Counted from the first letter of the stretch, positions 7,560-16,471 are shown. The stretch: 37,062 nt of DNA from Nanobdellota archaeon (GCA_038045165.1 JBBSYR010000057.1:1-37062); one strand, 5' to 3'. Made by a program: numbers and translations. The notes: generated from the letters alone by a model not told the origin.

Positions 7560-9622
7560 AACTAAAAAAAATAAAACTGAAAAATATTAGAAGTTATGAA
7601 GAACAGGAATTTAATTTTCCTGATGGGTCTTTGCTTTTATCTGGTGATGTTGGCTCTGGAAAAACATCAGTATTACTAGCTATAGAGTATGCCTTTTTTG
7701 GCCTGCAGCCTGGACAAACAGGCTCTGCTCTTTTGAGAAACAATTGCGCTGTTGGGGAGGTTTTGCTGGAACTTGAAATTGAAGGGCGCAACATCGTGAT
7801 AGAGCGAAAATTAAAAAAAGGGCAAAAGTCAATAGTTAATGACTATGCTTCAATAACCATCGACGGCGAAAAGGAAGAGTGCTCTATTACTGAACTAAAA
7901 ACAAGAATCCTCAATATCCTGGCATACCCGCCGGAATTCATAAAAAAGAATAATCTTCTTTATAAATACACAGTATACACGCCGCAGGAACAGATGAAGC
8001 AGATAATTCTTGAGGACCCCGAAACAAGGCTGAATGTTCTTAGGCATGTTTTTGGGATAGATAAATACAAAATAATAAGAGAGAATTTAGGGCTTGTTTT
8101 AGCAAAATTGAAAGATGAGATAAAATTTCTGCAGATGTATATTAAGACTTTTGACCAGGACAAATCAAAGATAGAAGCGGCAAAAGAGAGGGTAAAGATA
8201 ATTGAGGGGCAGATGAAAGAAAAAGAGAAAGAACGGGTGCATAAAATAGAAAGGAGAAAAAGCTGCGAAGCAGAACTCTCTGCTCTCGAAGGGCATATAA
8301 AAGAAAAAGAAAAGCTTGAAGTGGAGTTGGAAAAAACAAAAGTTCTGACTACTGCAAAAAACGAAAATTTTTTTCAGGTAAAAAGAGAAATCGCTGAATT
8401 GCAGCGAAACCTGCAGGAATCTGGCGAGCAGTTTGAAGAAAGCAGTCTAAAAGAAATTATGCAAAAGATATTAACTAAAAGGATGAATCTTGACAATTTG
8501 AATGAGCAGCATATTGAGATTGCCAGTCAGATAAAAAATCTTGAACAATCAGGACAGGAGCTTTTAATTAAAAAAAATAGAGTATTCAGCATAGATATCT
8601 GCCCGACCTGCCTGCAGGATGTTCCAGAGGCGCATAAACATAACATTTTAAATGATACTGAAAGAACGCTGGTTGAAATAAACAAAAAATTCGGGGAATT
8701 GATGAATAAAAAAGAGGAGTCTGTGCATTCAATAGAAAAAGAAAAAATTGATTTAATTCAGCTGGAGAGTAGAAAAAATGCTTTGGAAATACTAAAATCA
8801 AAGCAAGAGAGCTATGAAAGAACTAAGAAAAAGCTTGCAGAGCTATTAAAAACAAAAGAACTGCTTGAAAAAGATATCTTAATGCTTGAAAAACATCTGG
8901 AAACAACTAAGCAGGATGTGCTGCAGTTCTTCAAATTTCATAATTTATATAAATTAAAGCAGGATGAATTGAAATCTGCCTTTGTTGATGAGAAAAACTC
9001 TGAAATATCTCTGGCTGAATTAAAAAAAGAAATAGAGATTACTAATAAAGAAATACTAATACTTGAAAAAGAGCTGGCTGAAAAAGAGAGCTCTAAAAAA
9101 AAGCTGGCTGAGCATTTGGGCTTGGTTGACTGGCTGTCGAACCAGTTTATGGCGCTCATAAACCTTACAGAAAGAAATGTTATGATTAAGTTAAGAAATG
9201 AATTTTCTAAATTGTTTGGAAAATGGTTTCATATGCTTGCTGGAGAGATATTTGATACGCAGCTTGATGAAAATTTTACTCCCTTAATAATGCAGGGAGA
9301 ATTTGAGATGGATTATTCTTTTCTTTCAGGGGGCGAGAGGACTGCTGTTGCTTTGGCTTATAGACTGGCATTGAACCAGACAATTAATTCTATAATGAGC
9401 CAGATTAAGACGAGAGATATAATTATACTTGATGAGCCAACAGATGGTTTTTCAGAAGCGCAAATAGATAAAATAAGAGATGTTTTTGAAGAGCTTAATG
9501 TTGGTCAGCTCATAATTGTGAGCCATGAGCAAAAAATAGAGAATTTTGTTGATAATGTTCTGCGATTGAAGAAAGCAAAAGATATCTCGAATATTGAGAC
9601 TATGCCTAATTTGATGCAATGA
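7556..9622 (+). CDS. rad50: DNA double-strand-break repair ATPase Rad50 (short coiled coil)
   Basis: Walker A GDVGSGKTS, central CPTC zinc hook within heptad-rich sequence, signature SGGERTAVALAYRLAL, Walker B IIILDEPT. 688 aa. Confidence 0.9.
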   Translation: MKLKKIKLKNIRSYEEQEFNFPDGSLLLSGDVGSGKTSVLLAIEYAFFGLQPGQTGSALLRNNCAVGEVLLELEIEGRNIVIERKLKKGQKSIVNDYASITIDGEKEECSITELKTRILNILAYPPEFIKKNNLLYKYTVYTPQEQMKQIILEDPETRLNVLRHVFGIDKYKIIRENLGLVLAKLKDEIKFLQMYIKTFDQDKSKIEAAKERVKIIEGQMKEKEKERVHKIERRKSCEAELSALEGHIKEKEKLEVELEKTKVLTTAKNENFFQVKREIAELQRNLQESGEQFEESSLKEIMQKILTKRMNLDNLNEQHIEIASQIKNLEQSGQELLIKKNRVFSIDICPTCLQDVPEAHKHNILNDTERTLVEINKKFGELMNKKEESVHSIEKEKIDLIQLESRKNALEILKSKQESYERTKKKLAELLKTKELLEKDILMLEKHLETTKQDVLQFFKFHNLYKLKQDELKSAFVDEKNSEISLAELKKEIEITNKEILILEKELAEKESSKKKLAEHLGLVDWLSNQFMALINLTERNVMIKLRNEFSKLFGKWFHMLAGEIFDTQLDENFTPLIMQGEFEMDYSFLSGGERTAVALAYRLALNQTINSIMSQIKTRDIIILDEPTDGFSEAQIDKIRDVFEELNVGQLIIVSHEQKIENFVDNVLRLKKAKDISNIETMPNLMQ

Positions 9623-9769
9623 AGTTTCTCGCAGCAAACTACTGGGTATTAGGAGATAAAACCGATTCTTATTTTTAATATCCTATCAACCAAATAAGAA
9701 AGTCAGGATTTCTTAAATAGAAGTTTGATTTTTGCAAAGTTCTCTAAAATTCTCGGCGGCCAAATAAGA

Positions 9770-9777
9770 TTTATAAA
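9770..9777 (+). promoter_or_regulatory. TATA box (TTTATAAA) for the 9799 surface-protein gene
   Basis: Starts 29 nt upstream of ATG 9799. This supports 9799 rather than the TTG at 9784. Confidence 0.45.
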
Positions 9778-9798
9778 GTTGAATTGTGTCAAGTGAAG

Positions 9799-12210
9799 AT
9801 GAATGTTGATAGAAAAAGAGGGGCTGCGAAGCGCATTTTTTTACGGCTCTTTGTTTTAGCATTTGTTTTTATTATTCCTTACTCCCTTGCAGCAAGTGCC
9901 GCTATCACCGTAGAATTTATTGGAAGCACAACTGAAGATGCAAGCATATATGGGTCGGGGACTGATTACTCCATAGTCAAAAGCGCATCATATGGCTATA
10001 GCCCAACATCCAATACAGATATCATAGGGCAATATCTCTCAGGCAGTAGTTATATGCTCTACAGAACATTTTACAAGTTCGATACAAGTTCAATTCCTGA
10101 TGATGCATCAATTTCACAGGCCAATCTTAAAACTGAGATAGCTGGCGATTTTTCTACCACAGATTTTGGCATTCAAATAGTAAAATACGACTGGTCAAGT
10201 TCAACGCCCTTTAGCGATTTAGTTAAAAGAGAAGATGCTTATGATAATTGTTTAAGCGGGAATTATGACAATCTCTGGCAAAACACGAACGGTTTATCTG
10301 CGAATACTCAATATACAAGTGGAAATCTTGATATTACAAGAGTAAGCAAAACAGGAAATACTTATTACTGCTTGCGAAGCAGCAATGATGGGGTAGCACC
10401 TGCAGGTTTAGAATTTGTCTTCCTTAAACCCCCAGTTTTAAGCGTTACTTATATTCCTTCTGCTGGTGGAACGCCCTCTATAACTATTACTTCTCCAACT
10501 GCGGGTCAGACATTCATCGGAAATAGAGGTGCAAGTATTGATGTTACTTGGACTACGCAAAATTGGCCTGCTAGTATAACTGAAGTTAATATTGAGCTTA
10601 TTGACACTGCGACTAATGTAGCGATTCCTATTGGGAAATATCCAAATAATGATTTATTTAAATTAAATATTAACACTGCTCAAACTACTACTAAGACCTA
10701 TCGAATTCATATCTATGCTGCAAAAGAAGGAGAACTTGCTCCAGGAGAGGAAAGCACCAGCGGAATCTTCACTATTTCCGCAGCTTCTTGTGCAGATGAC
10801 CAAATAATAATGCGTCTTTTCAGTTCCAGTAATAGTCATGTTTACCGATGGAGCAATACTGATGCAAATGTAAAAATTTGTTATGATGAGATATTTGGCT
10901 CTGCATACACGGGAGCTAATTCTCACGCATGCACTCCAAATGCAAATAATCCTAATAATGCAGTAGTTAGAACTTTTGGTAATCGCGCGAGCAATACTCA
11001 TGTTGAAAACCCGAGCAGCGCAACTCTTGGATATTTTCCTGCTTGTTACGGAGATTTGAATTGCAGATTAGTTTCTTCAGCTAATAATTGCGGACCTGAC
11101 CCCAAAGAAGAATTAGTTGCTTATCTCTCTAAAGAAACTAATGCTCATATTGCAAAATTTGATGCGCCCCCGAGCGCCGTTATTGGCTGGAGCAAATTGT
11201 GCTGTAAATCATCAAGCGCCCCTATAATTGCTTGCGGTGATGGCGAGAAAAAAGGCACTGAAGAGTGCGATTATGCTGCTGTGCCTGGCTCATTAAATAA
11301 TAATTGTGAGGCGGGAAAGGTTTGCGGTTCGACAGCGCCAAATAAATGCAAATGCATTTCAGTAGTTAAAACAATAAAAACTGCGATTTGGGCAGACCAG
11401 TATGAAATACCAGTAAAACAAGCTTCGCTCAATTCCCAATTGACTCTTTTGGGGACTGTAGAGGGATTTGCTCCTAACGAGAAAATTAGATTTGTAACAT
11501 ATAATTTTGAAACTCCGGAAAATAAGAAAGACCTTGGAACAGCAAGCTTCGATATTAATAATAAAGTATCTATCTCTGGCGTGCTAAGCACTTTGCTTGA
11601 TAATGCTAAAGTAGGAGATAAGTATTATTTTATATTGTCTAGTGAGAAAGGGGATGCTGGGACTTTGACTAGCGAGCCAATTGAAATTGTTTCAGATGAA
11701 ATAGGAATAAGAACTGATTTTGTAAATGAATGCGGAGAATTAAATACCCTTGATATGCCGAGTTTAACCCAAGATGAATTGATATATCGATGCAATACTG
11801 CTCTAGCAAGTGCAAGCTATCTTAAAGAGCCAAGTACTTGCAGAGATGGAACTGAAATAGTAAAATGCAAATGGGATGAGACTAATCAAAAGTGCGTGAA
11901 CTTAGTAACTCGTAAAAATGGAGCACTTATGGGAACTTGCGCATATTCAGTTAAATCCTCTGGAAAATGCGATGAAAAGACAAAGATGAAAACAATTGAG
12001 CTTGAGACTTTATATGAGGGTGCTGAAGAATGCAGGGATTGTATTGCAGAATCAAAAGTGCCCTGCGGAAGGTCTTTATTAGCTTTGCCATTTTTTCAAG
12101 GATGGCAAATAGTAATAAGCATATTAATAATAAGTGCAGTCTATTTTATTACTGCTCGAAGGAAAAGGCATATAGTCAACGACCTTAAAATCTCCCCATT
12201 TTGTCGTTGA
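9799..12210 (+). CDS. large secreted, Cys-rich surface protein (modules B then A, N[STA]H repeats, CGDG..EECD motif, C-terminal anchor)
   Basis: Signal peptide (FVLAFVFIIPYSLAASA). N-terminal module B and module A are paralogous to the 4810 gene. Three N[STA]H/Cys repeats, ACGDGEKKGTEECD, and a C-terminal TM followed by RRKRH. Confidence 0.8.
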   Translation: MNVDRKRGAAKRIFLRLFVLAFVFIIPYSLAASAAITVEFIGSTTEDASIYGSGTDYSIVKSASYGYSPTSNTDIIGQYLSGSSYMLYRTFYKFDTSSIPDDASISQANLKTEIAGDFSTTDFGIQIVKYDWSSSTPFSDLVKREDAYDNCLSGNYDNLWQNTNGLSANTQYTSGNLDITRVSKTGNTYYCLRSSNDGVAPAGLEFVFLKPPVLSVTYIPSAGGTPSITITSPTAGQTFIGNRGASIDVTWTTQNWPASITEVNIELIDTATNVAIPIGKYPNNDLFKLNINTAQTTTKTYRIHIYAAKEGELAPGEESTSGIFTISAASCADDQIIMRLFSSSNSHVYRWSNTDANVKICYDEIFGSAYTGANSHACTPNANNPNNAVVRTFGNRASNTHVENPSSATLGYFPACYGDLNCRLVSSANNCGPDPKEELVAYLSKETNAHIAKFDAPPSAVIGWSKLCCKSSSAPIIACGDGEKKGTEECDYAAVPGSLNNNCEAGKVCGSTAPNKCKCISVVKTIKTAIWADQYEIPVKQASLNSQLTLLGTVEGFAPNEKIRFVTYNFETPENKKDLGTASFDINNKVSISGVLSTLLDNAKVGDKYYFILSSEKGDAGTLTSEPIEIVSDEIGIRTDFVNECGELNTLDMPSLTQDELIYRCNTALASASYLKEPSTCRDGTEIVKCKWDETNQKCVNLVTRKNGALMGTCAYSVKSSGKCDEKTKMKTIELETLYEGAEECRDCIAESKVPCGRSLLALPFFQGWQIVISILIISAVYFITARRKRHIVNDLKISPFCR
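10471..10785 (+). repeat. module A, copy 2 (315 nt, near-identical to 5356..5670)
   Basis: Same alignment as described for copy 1. Direct orientation, 5.1 kb apart. Confidence 0.9.
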
Positions 12211-12217
12211 CTACTGA

Positions 12218-12287
12218 GAGAATTTTTAATTCTCGAGGTGCTCAGAAACGAAGTTTCTGACATTTAGGGAAAGACTTAATGTCTTTC
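12218..12287 (+). other. array of three perfect short hairpins in the intergenic spacer
   Basis: GAGAATT-TTT-AATTCTC (12218..12234), TCAGAAAC-GAA-GTTTCTGA (12242..12260) and GAAAGAC-TTAAT-GTCTTTC (12269..12287). Confidence 0.5.
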
Positions 12288-12301
12288 ACTATAGTTATGT
12301 T

Positions 12302-12309
12302 TTTAAATA
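12302..12309 (+). promoter_or_regulatory. TATA box (TTTAAATA) for the 12329 gene
   Basis: Starts 27 nt upstream of the ATG at 12329. Confidence 0.4.
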
Positions 12310-12328
12310 AAAAAGTGCTGAGAATAGG

Positions 12329-14977
12329 ATGACAAAAAGAGGGATTTTATTAGGCATTTTATTTTTAGCAGCTCTCGCAGCTTTCCTTGCTTCTTTTTCA
12401 GAAGCAAATGTCATTTACAAAAATAATACTATTGAAAAAGAATATTCTGCGGGAGAGGCAATACGAGGAAACGTAAATTTAAGCTTTGATAATGAACTTG
12501 CGCAATCTCTCTTTAAAAGTAATTTTCCTGGAAATATAAGTTTGCTTGACTTGCTTAAAGCAAACTCATTTGAAGAGGGAAAAGATTACAACTGCACAAC
12601 AAAGGACTGCATTAGCGATTATATAATAAAAGCAGAGATAAACAGCTTCTTTTTAAATGAAAGCGAAAAAAAGGCAATAGGTTTTAAAATAACTGGAGAA
12701 GATATAGAAATAAAATCTCTAAAGCTCATCTTGAAAAGCGACGCGCAGCCTGCTTGCTACAGGCAAATAGTGATAGATGCCTTGGGAAAAAATGAAAATC
12801 TTATTCAGAATTCTCGATATACTAATTATGCGTGCGGTTATACTTATAGAGGATGCTTTGAGCCAGATGCGGAAATAGAGCAAGCAGACATTGATGAAGT
12901 TCCTTATTGCGAGAATATCACTCTTCCTTATGGCCCTGCATTTCAGCTTGGAGCAAAAGTAATGAACAGCAGCAAACAGGGAAATCTTAAAATGCAGCTT
13001 TTCAACCAGGATCGCGAGCTGTTAGGAAGTTGCATTCTTCCAAAACACAAAATTTTTAATGAGAATTTGGGATGCATAGTAAACTACAGCAGCACAGAAG
13101 CATCAAATTATTTTGTATGCATTTCGCTTGATTCCGGAAGCAATACAAATTATACTATTGCTTCTGAGAATTCCGGAAGGATATGCGGCATGGCAGGAAT
13201 AGAAGAAGAATTCAGCAGGGATTTTGATATTTTTGCGAAAGAAATGCAATTTGATTCTGTAGATATTGAAATTGCTCAGCCATTATTTGAAAAGCTATTT
13301 TCTGGGGCGAGTTTAATAGAATATGCTCAAAATTATATAGATGAAAAATATAACAAAGACTGCAAAAAGGGCTGTTTTATTCCATTTGAAGTGCAAGGAG
13401 ATGTTCCGCAGACAATTACAATACTAAATCCTGAAATAAAATATTCTGCAAAGCGCGTTAGTTCCACAGCTTCTAAAATTTATGTTTTAGAAAAAGAATC
13501 ACCAAAAATAAAATCTCGATTTCTTAATATTAACATTGAGCACGCAGGATTCAGTATTCCTTTGGGTTCAAAGGAGAACAAATTTAGTTTATACCTTGAA
13601 AATAACATTCTCTTTCAAATTGAAAATTTAACAATTTCTCCAAGTTTTAGTTTTGATATCAGTCCAAAAACTCTTATGATTGCATTTAAAACTGAATTCA
13701 AGATAGACAGCAAAGAGAGTATTGCTTCCTCTAATTGGAAATTTGGAAGTGAGAGCTCTAAGACTGTGAAAGATAAAAAAATAAAATGGATATTTTATAA
13801 TGAAGGAATTTATCCTGTTGAAGTTACCGCTACAAATAAAAAAGGCGTTACATCTAAAAGAAAGTTTTATGTTATAGTTGGAAATGCAAAGGAAGCTGCT
13901 GAACTTTTAGCATCTGATTATCAAAAAGATCTTAATAATTTTTTCAAACAAATAAATTCTTATCCGCAATGGATTAAAGAGGGAATTGATAAAAAAATAA
14001 ATTTCACTGAAATTAATACAAGCTTCAGCGAAATAAAAAATAAAATGAATGAAACGCAGGAAGTTAATTATTCTAAGGTTGTTGCTGAGCTTTCAAATTT
14101 GAAAATTCCGAGTGAGATATTTGCAAGCAAATCATGGAAAAACTTGCCTCTTGAAATAAGTGCTGCGCAAATGGATGTCGGATATATTGAAACCATATCT
14201 AATATGAGTGCTGTAAATAAAGAGGAGCTTAAATTAAATATACTAAACTGGGCCGGGGAGAATTATGCATCTAATATCTCTGGTGAGCTTATTTCTTTGA
14301 AGGTTCAGGATGAAAATGAACCGATTTTGACGAAATTTTTAGTAAGTTTTGAGGCTAAAAGAGAGCAGAGTGAAGCGTATTTTATAATTGATTATCCACG
14401 CAACCAAGTAGTTTTTGCAAAAGATTATGGAGCGAGAGACATCAATTCTGATTCTGCAAGCGCAGCTCATATACCCTTTGCAGGCTCAAAAACATTTGAA
14501 TTTTTAATTTTGCAGGAAATTGAACCTTCTCAGATAAGATTATATCTTTCTCCGAACATAGCGATGTTTAATGAAGAAAGCAATGTGACTCCTGTTGAAA
14601 ATCCAAAGCCAAAGAAAGCCGGATGGGGATATTTTTTTCTCGTGCTTGGAATGCTTATTGTTTACATTGCAATGCAAGAATGGTATAAGAGGAGATATGA
14701 GTTTCATTTATTCAAAATAAAAGATGACTTGTATAACTTAATTAATTTTATCTACAATTCTCGCGCCTCTGGAATGGCTGACAGCAGTATAAAAGCAAAA
14801 TTAGAGGACTCAGGATGGTCTAGTGAGCAGGTAAGTTTTGCATTTAAAAAAATAAATGGAAAAAGAACTGGGATGTTTGAAATTCCCATATTCAAGTTCT
14901 TTGAAAATCTAAAAGTAAAAAAAGAGATTGATAAAAGGCAGCAGACTGGAGACGCAAGGTTTATTAAAAGACTTTAA
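12329..14977 (+). CDS. large surface protein with a PKD-like domain, single C-terminal TM and a short cytoplasmic tail domain
   Basis: Signal peptide (LLGILFLAALAAFLASFSEA) and many N-x-S/T sites. WIFYNEGIYPVEVTATNKKGVTSKRKFYVIV is PKD-like. TM GWGYFFLVLGMLIVYIA, then about 90 cytoplasmic aa. Confidence 0.8.
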   Translation: MTKRGILLGILFLAALAAFLASFSEANVIYKNNTIEKEYSAGEAIRGNVNLSFDNELAQSLFKSNFPGNISLLDLLKANSFEEGKDYNCTTKDCISDYIIKAEINSFFLNESEKKAIGFKITGEDIEIKSLKLILKSDAQPACYRQIVIDALGKNENLIQNSRYTNYACGYTYRGCFEPDAEIEQADIDEVPYCENITLPYGPAFQLGAKVMNSSKQGNLKMQLFNQDRELLGSCILPKHKIFNENLGCIVNYSSTEASNYFVCISLDSGSNTNYTIASENSGRICGMAGIEEEFSRDFDIFAKEMQFDSVDIEIAQPLFEKLFSGASLIEYAQNYIDEKYNKDCKKGCFIPFEVQGDVPQTITILNPEIKYSAKRVSSTASKIYVLEKESPKIKSRFLNINIEHAGFSIPLGSKENKFSLYLENNILFQIENLTISPSFSFDISPKTLMIAFKTEFKIDSKESIASSNWKFGSESSKTVKDKKIKWIFYNEGIYPVEVTATNKKGVTSKRKFYVIVGNAKEAAELLASDYQKDLNNFFKQINSYPQWIKEGIDKKINFTEINTSFSEIKNKMNETQEVNYSKVVAELSNLKIPSEIFASKSWKNLPLEISAAQMDVGYIETISNMSAVNKEELKLNILNWAGENYASNISGELISLKVQDENEPILTKFLVSFEAKREQSEAYFIIDYPRNQVVFAKDYGARDINSDSASAAHIPFAGSKTFEFLILQEIEPSQIRLYLSPNIAMFNEESNVTPVENPKPKKAGWGYFFLVLGMLIVYIAMQEWYKRRYEFHLFKIKDDLYNLINFIYNSRASGMADSSIKAKLEDSGWSSEQVSFAFKKINGKRTGMFEIPIFKFFENLKVKKEIDKRQQTGDARFIKRL
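14960..14967 (+). promoter_or_regulatory. TATA box (TTTATTAA) for the GTPase operon, embedded in the end of the upstream CDS
   Basis: Starts 29 nt upstream of the ATG at 14989. Confidence 0.4.
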
Positions 14978-14988
14978 CTAAAATTTCC

Positions 14989-15627
14989 ATGCTAAGAATA
15001 TTAAGAGACTTTTCAAAAAGAATGCTGAGAAGCTTATTTGGGAAAAAAGAAAGCATAAAAATTGGCTTTTATGGCCCGCCGAATGCAGGAAAAACAAGCC
15101 TCGCCAATAGAATCTGCAAAGACTGGACTGGTGAAGATATCGGGGTTGTAAGCAGAGTGCCTCATGAAACAAGGCATGTCCAGTTCAAAGAAAAAGTTGA
15201 GATAAAACATAAAGGAAAAAGTTTAATATTTAAATTAATAGACACTCCGGGAATAGCGACTAAAATAGATTATGAAAATTTTCTTCATTATGGTATAAAA
15301 AAGGGCGAGGCAAAAAAAAGAGCTAAGGAAGCTACGCAGGGGATCATAGAATCAATTCAATGGCTTGATGACATGAACGCTGTTGTGATAGTGCTTGATG
15401 CTTCTGAAAATCCATACTCCCAAGTGAATATTACAATTATCGGCAATCTTGTTGCCCGAAAGATTCCTGTTCTTATAGTCGCCAATAAAATTGATTTGAA
15501 GAAAGCAGAAGTGAAAAAGGTTGAATCTGCATTTCCAGAGTATGATGTTATTGGCATTTCGGCAAAAGAAGGTATAAATATCGAAGAGTTTTATGAAGCA
15601 TTGTTTAGATTAGCAAAAAAAGTATGA
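14989..15627 (+). CDS. small GTP-binding protein (TRAFAC-class GTPase)
   Basis: G1 GPPNAGKTS, G3 DTPG, G4 NKID, G5 SAK. 212 aa. Confidence 0.85.
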   Translation: MLRILRDFSKRMLRSLFGKKESIKIGFYGPPNAGKTSLANRICKDWTGEDIGVVSRVPHETRHVQFKEKVEIKHKGKSLIFKLIDTPGIATKIDYENFLHYGIKKGEAKKRAKEATQGIIESIQWLDDMNAVVIVLDASENPYSQVNITIIGNLVARKIPVLIVANKIDLKKAEVKKVESAFPEYDVIGISAKEGINIEEFYEALFRLAKKV

Positions 15628-16013
15628 AATATAAAAAATTAAGAGGCTTGAGCTTGCAGGTTATTCCGTTCACAGAGATAGAAAAGCTTAGCATTTCAGA
15701 AAGAGTGAAAAAGGTTTTGAATCTTGTATTAAGCAACAAGATAGTGATAATCCACGGCAGACTTCGAGCCGAAGAGGAAGCGCGGTTGATTGAGGATACT
15801 ATGGCTCTTGTTGACCATGTAAAGAACTTCAAAGGAATTGAGCTGGCAGTCATAGAGCCGGACTTAAAAGATAAGGGCGTGTTTGAGAAGTTCAAGCACG
15901 GCTTGGCGAAAAGGCTTGTTGGGGACAGCGAGGCGCTTACTGTTGTTGGGCCTTCATCAATTGTCAAGGAGATTAAGCGCGATCCGAGAAAGATTGAATT
16001 GTTTTTGAGTTAG
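15624..16013 (+). CDS. conserved archaeal protein, DUF2073-like
   Basis: ATGA-coupled to the GTPase. 129 aa. The pattern ...IVIIHGRLRAEEEARLIEDTM...FKGIEL fits my recollection of DUF2073, which usually sits beside this GTPase. Not verified by search. Confidence 0.55.
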   Translation: MKYKKLRGLSLQVIPFTEIEKLSISERVKKVLNLVLSNKIVIIHGRLRAEEEARLIEDTMALVDHVKNFKGIELAVIEPDLKDKGVFEKFKHGLAKRLVGDSEALTVVGPSSIVKEIKRDPRKIELFLS

Positions 16014-16036
16014 AACTGAGCAATCCCAAACATAAA

Positions 16037-16044
16037 TTTATTAA
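16037..16044 (+). promoter_or_regulatory. TATA box (TTTATTAA) for the Zn-ribbon gene
   Basis: Starts 29 nt upstream of the ATG at 16066. Confidence 0.4.
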
Positions 16045-16065
16045 CTTGGTTTTTTTGGTTATTAT

Positions 16066-16446
16066 ATGCCATACAAATGTGTTCATTGCCTTGAAATTTA
16101 TGAAGACGGCTCGAAGGAAATCTTGACTGGATGCACTAATTGTAAAAGCAAATTCTTTTTTTACATAAAACCTGAGAAACTGAAGGAAATTCTTGAAAGC
16201 GAGGGAAGAGAGCCAGAGCTTTCTGATGCAGAGAAAGAACAGATGGAGCAGGACGTAAGAGAAATTGCTGGCCTTGAAGAGGACGAAGAAACTCCAGTAT
16301 TCCTGGATTTTGAAAGCATACAAGTGCTCAAACCTGGCAAGTATCTTCTGGATTTAACAAAGCTATTTTCAGTCAATAAACCGAGGGTTTATCATCTCGA
16401 GGATGGAAAATATCTAGTTGATTTTACTTCAAAGACTAAGAGTTAA
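16066..16446 (+). CDS. Zn-ribbon protein (DUF2072-like)
   Basis: N-terminal CVHC...CTNC ribbon followed by an acidic linker. 126 aa. Third member of the archaeal GTPase triad as I recall it. Confidence 0.6.
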   Translation: MPYKCVHCLEIYEDGSKEILTGCTNCKSKFFFYIKPEKLKEILESEGREPELSDAEKEQMEQDVREIAGLEEDEETPVFLDFESIQVLKPGKYLLDLTKLFSVNKPRVYHLEDGKYLVDFTSKTKS

Positions 16447-16463
16447 TTTTAGAAAGCAATTAG

Positions 16464-16471
16464 TTTAAATA
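16464..16471 (+). promoter_or_regulatory. TATA box (TTTAAATA) for cca
   Basis: Starts 29 nt upstream of the ATG at 16493. Confidence 0.45.

Noticed and set aside
9784-9798. TTG start extending the surface-protein ORF by 5 codons
   Set aside because: ATG 9799 lies exactly 29 nt after the TTTATAAA box, the spacing used by other first genes. The signal peptide also begins properly from that Met.
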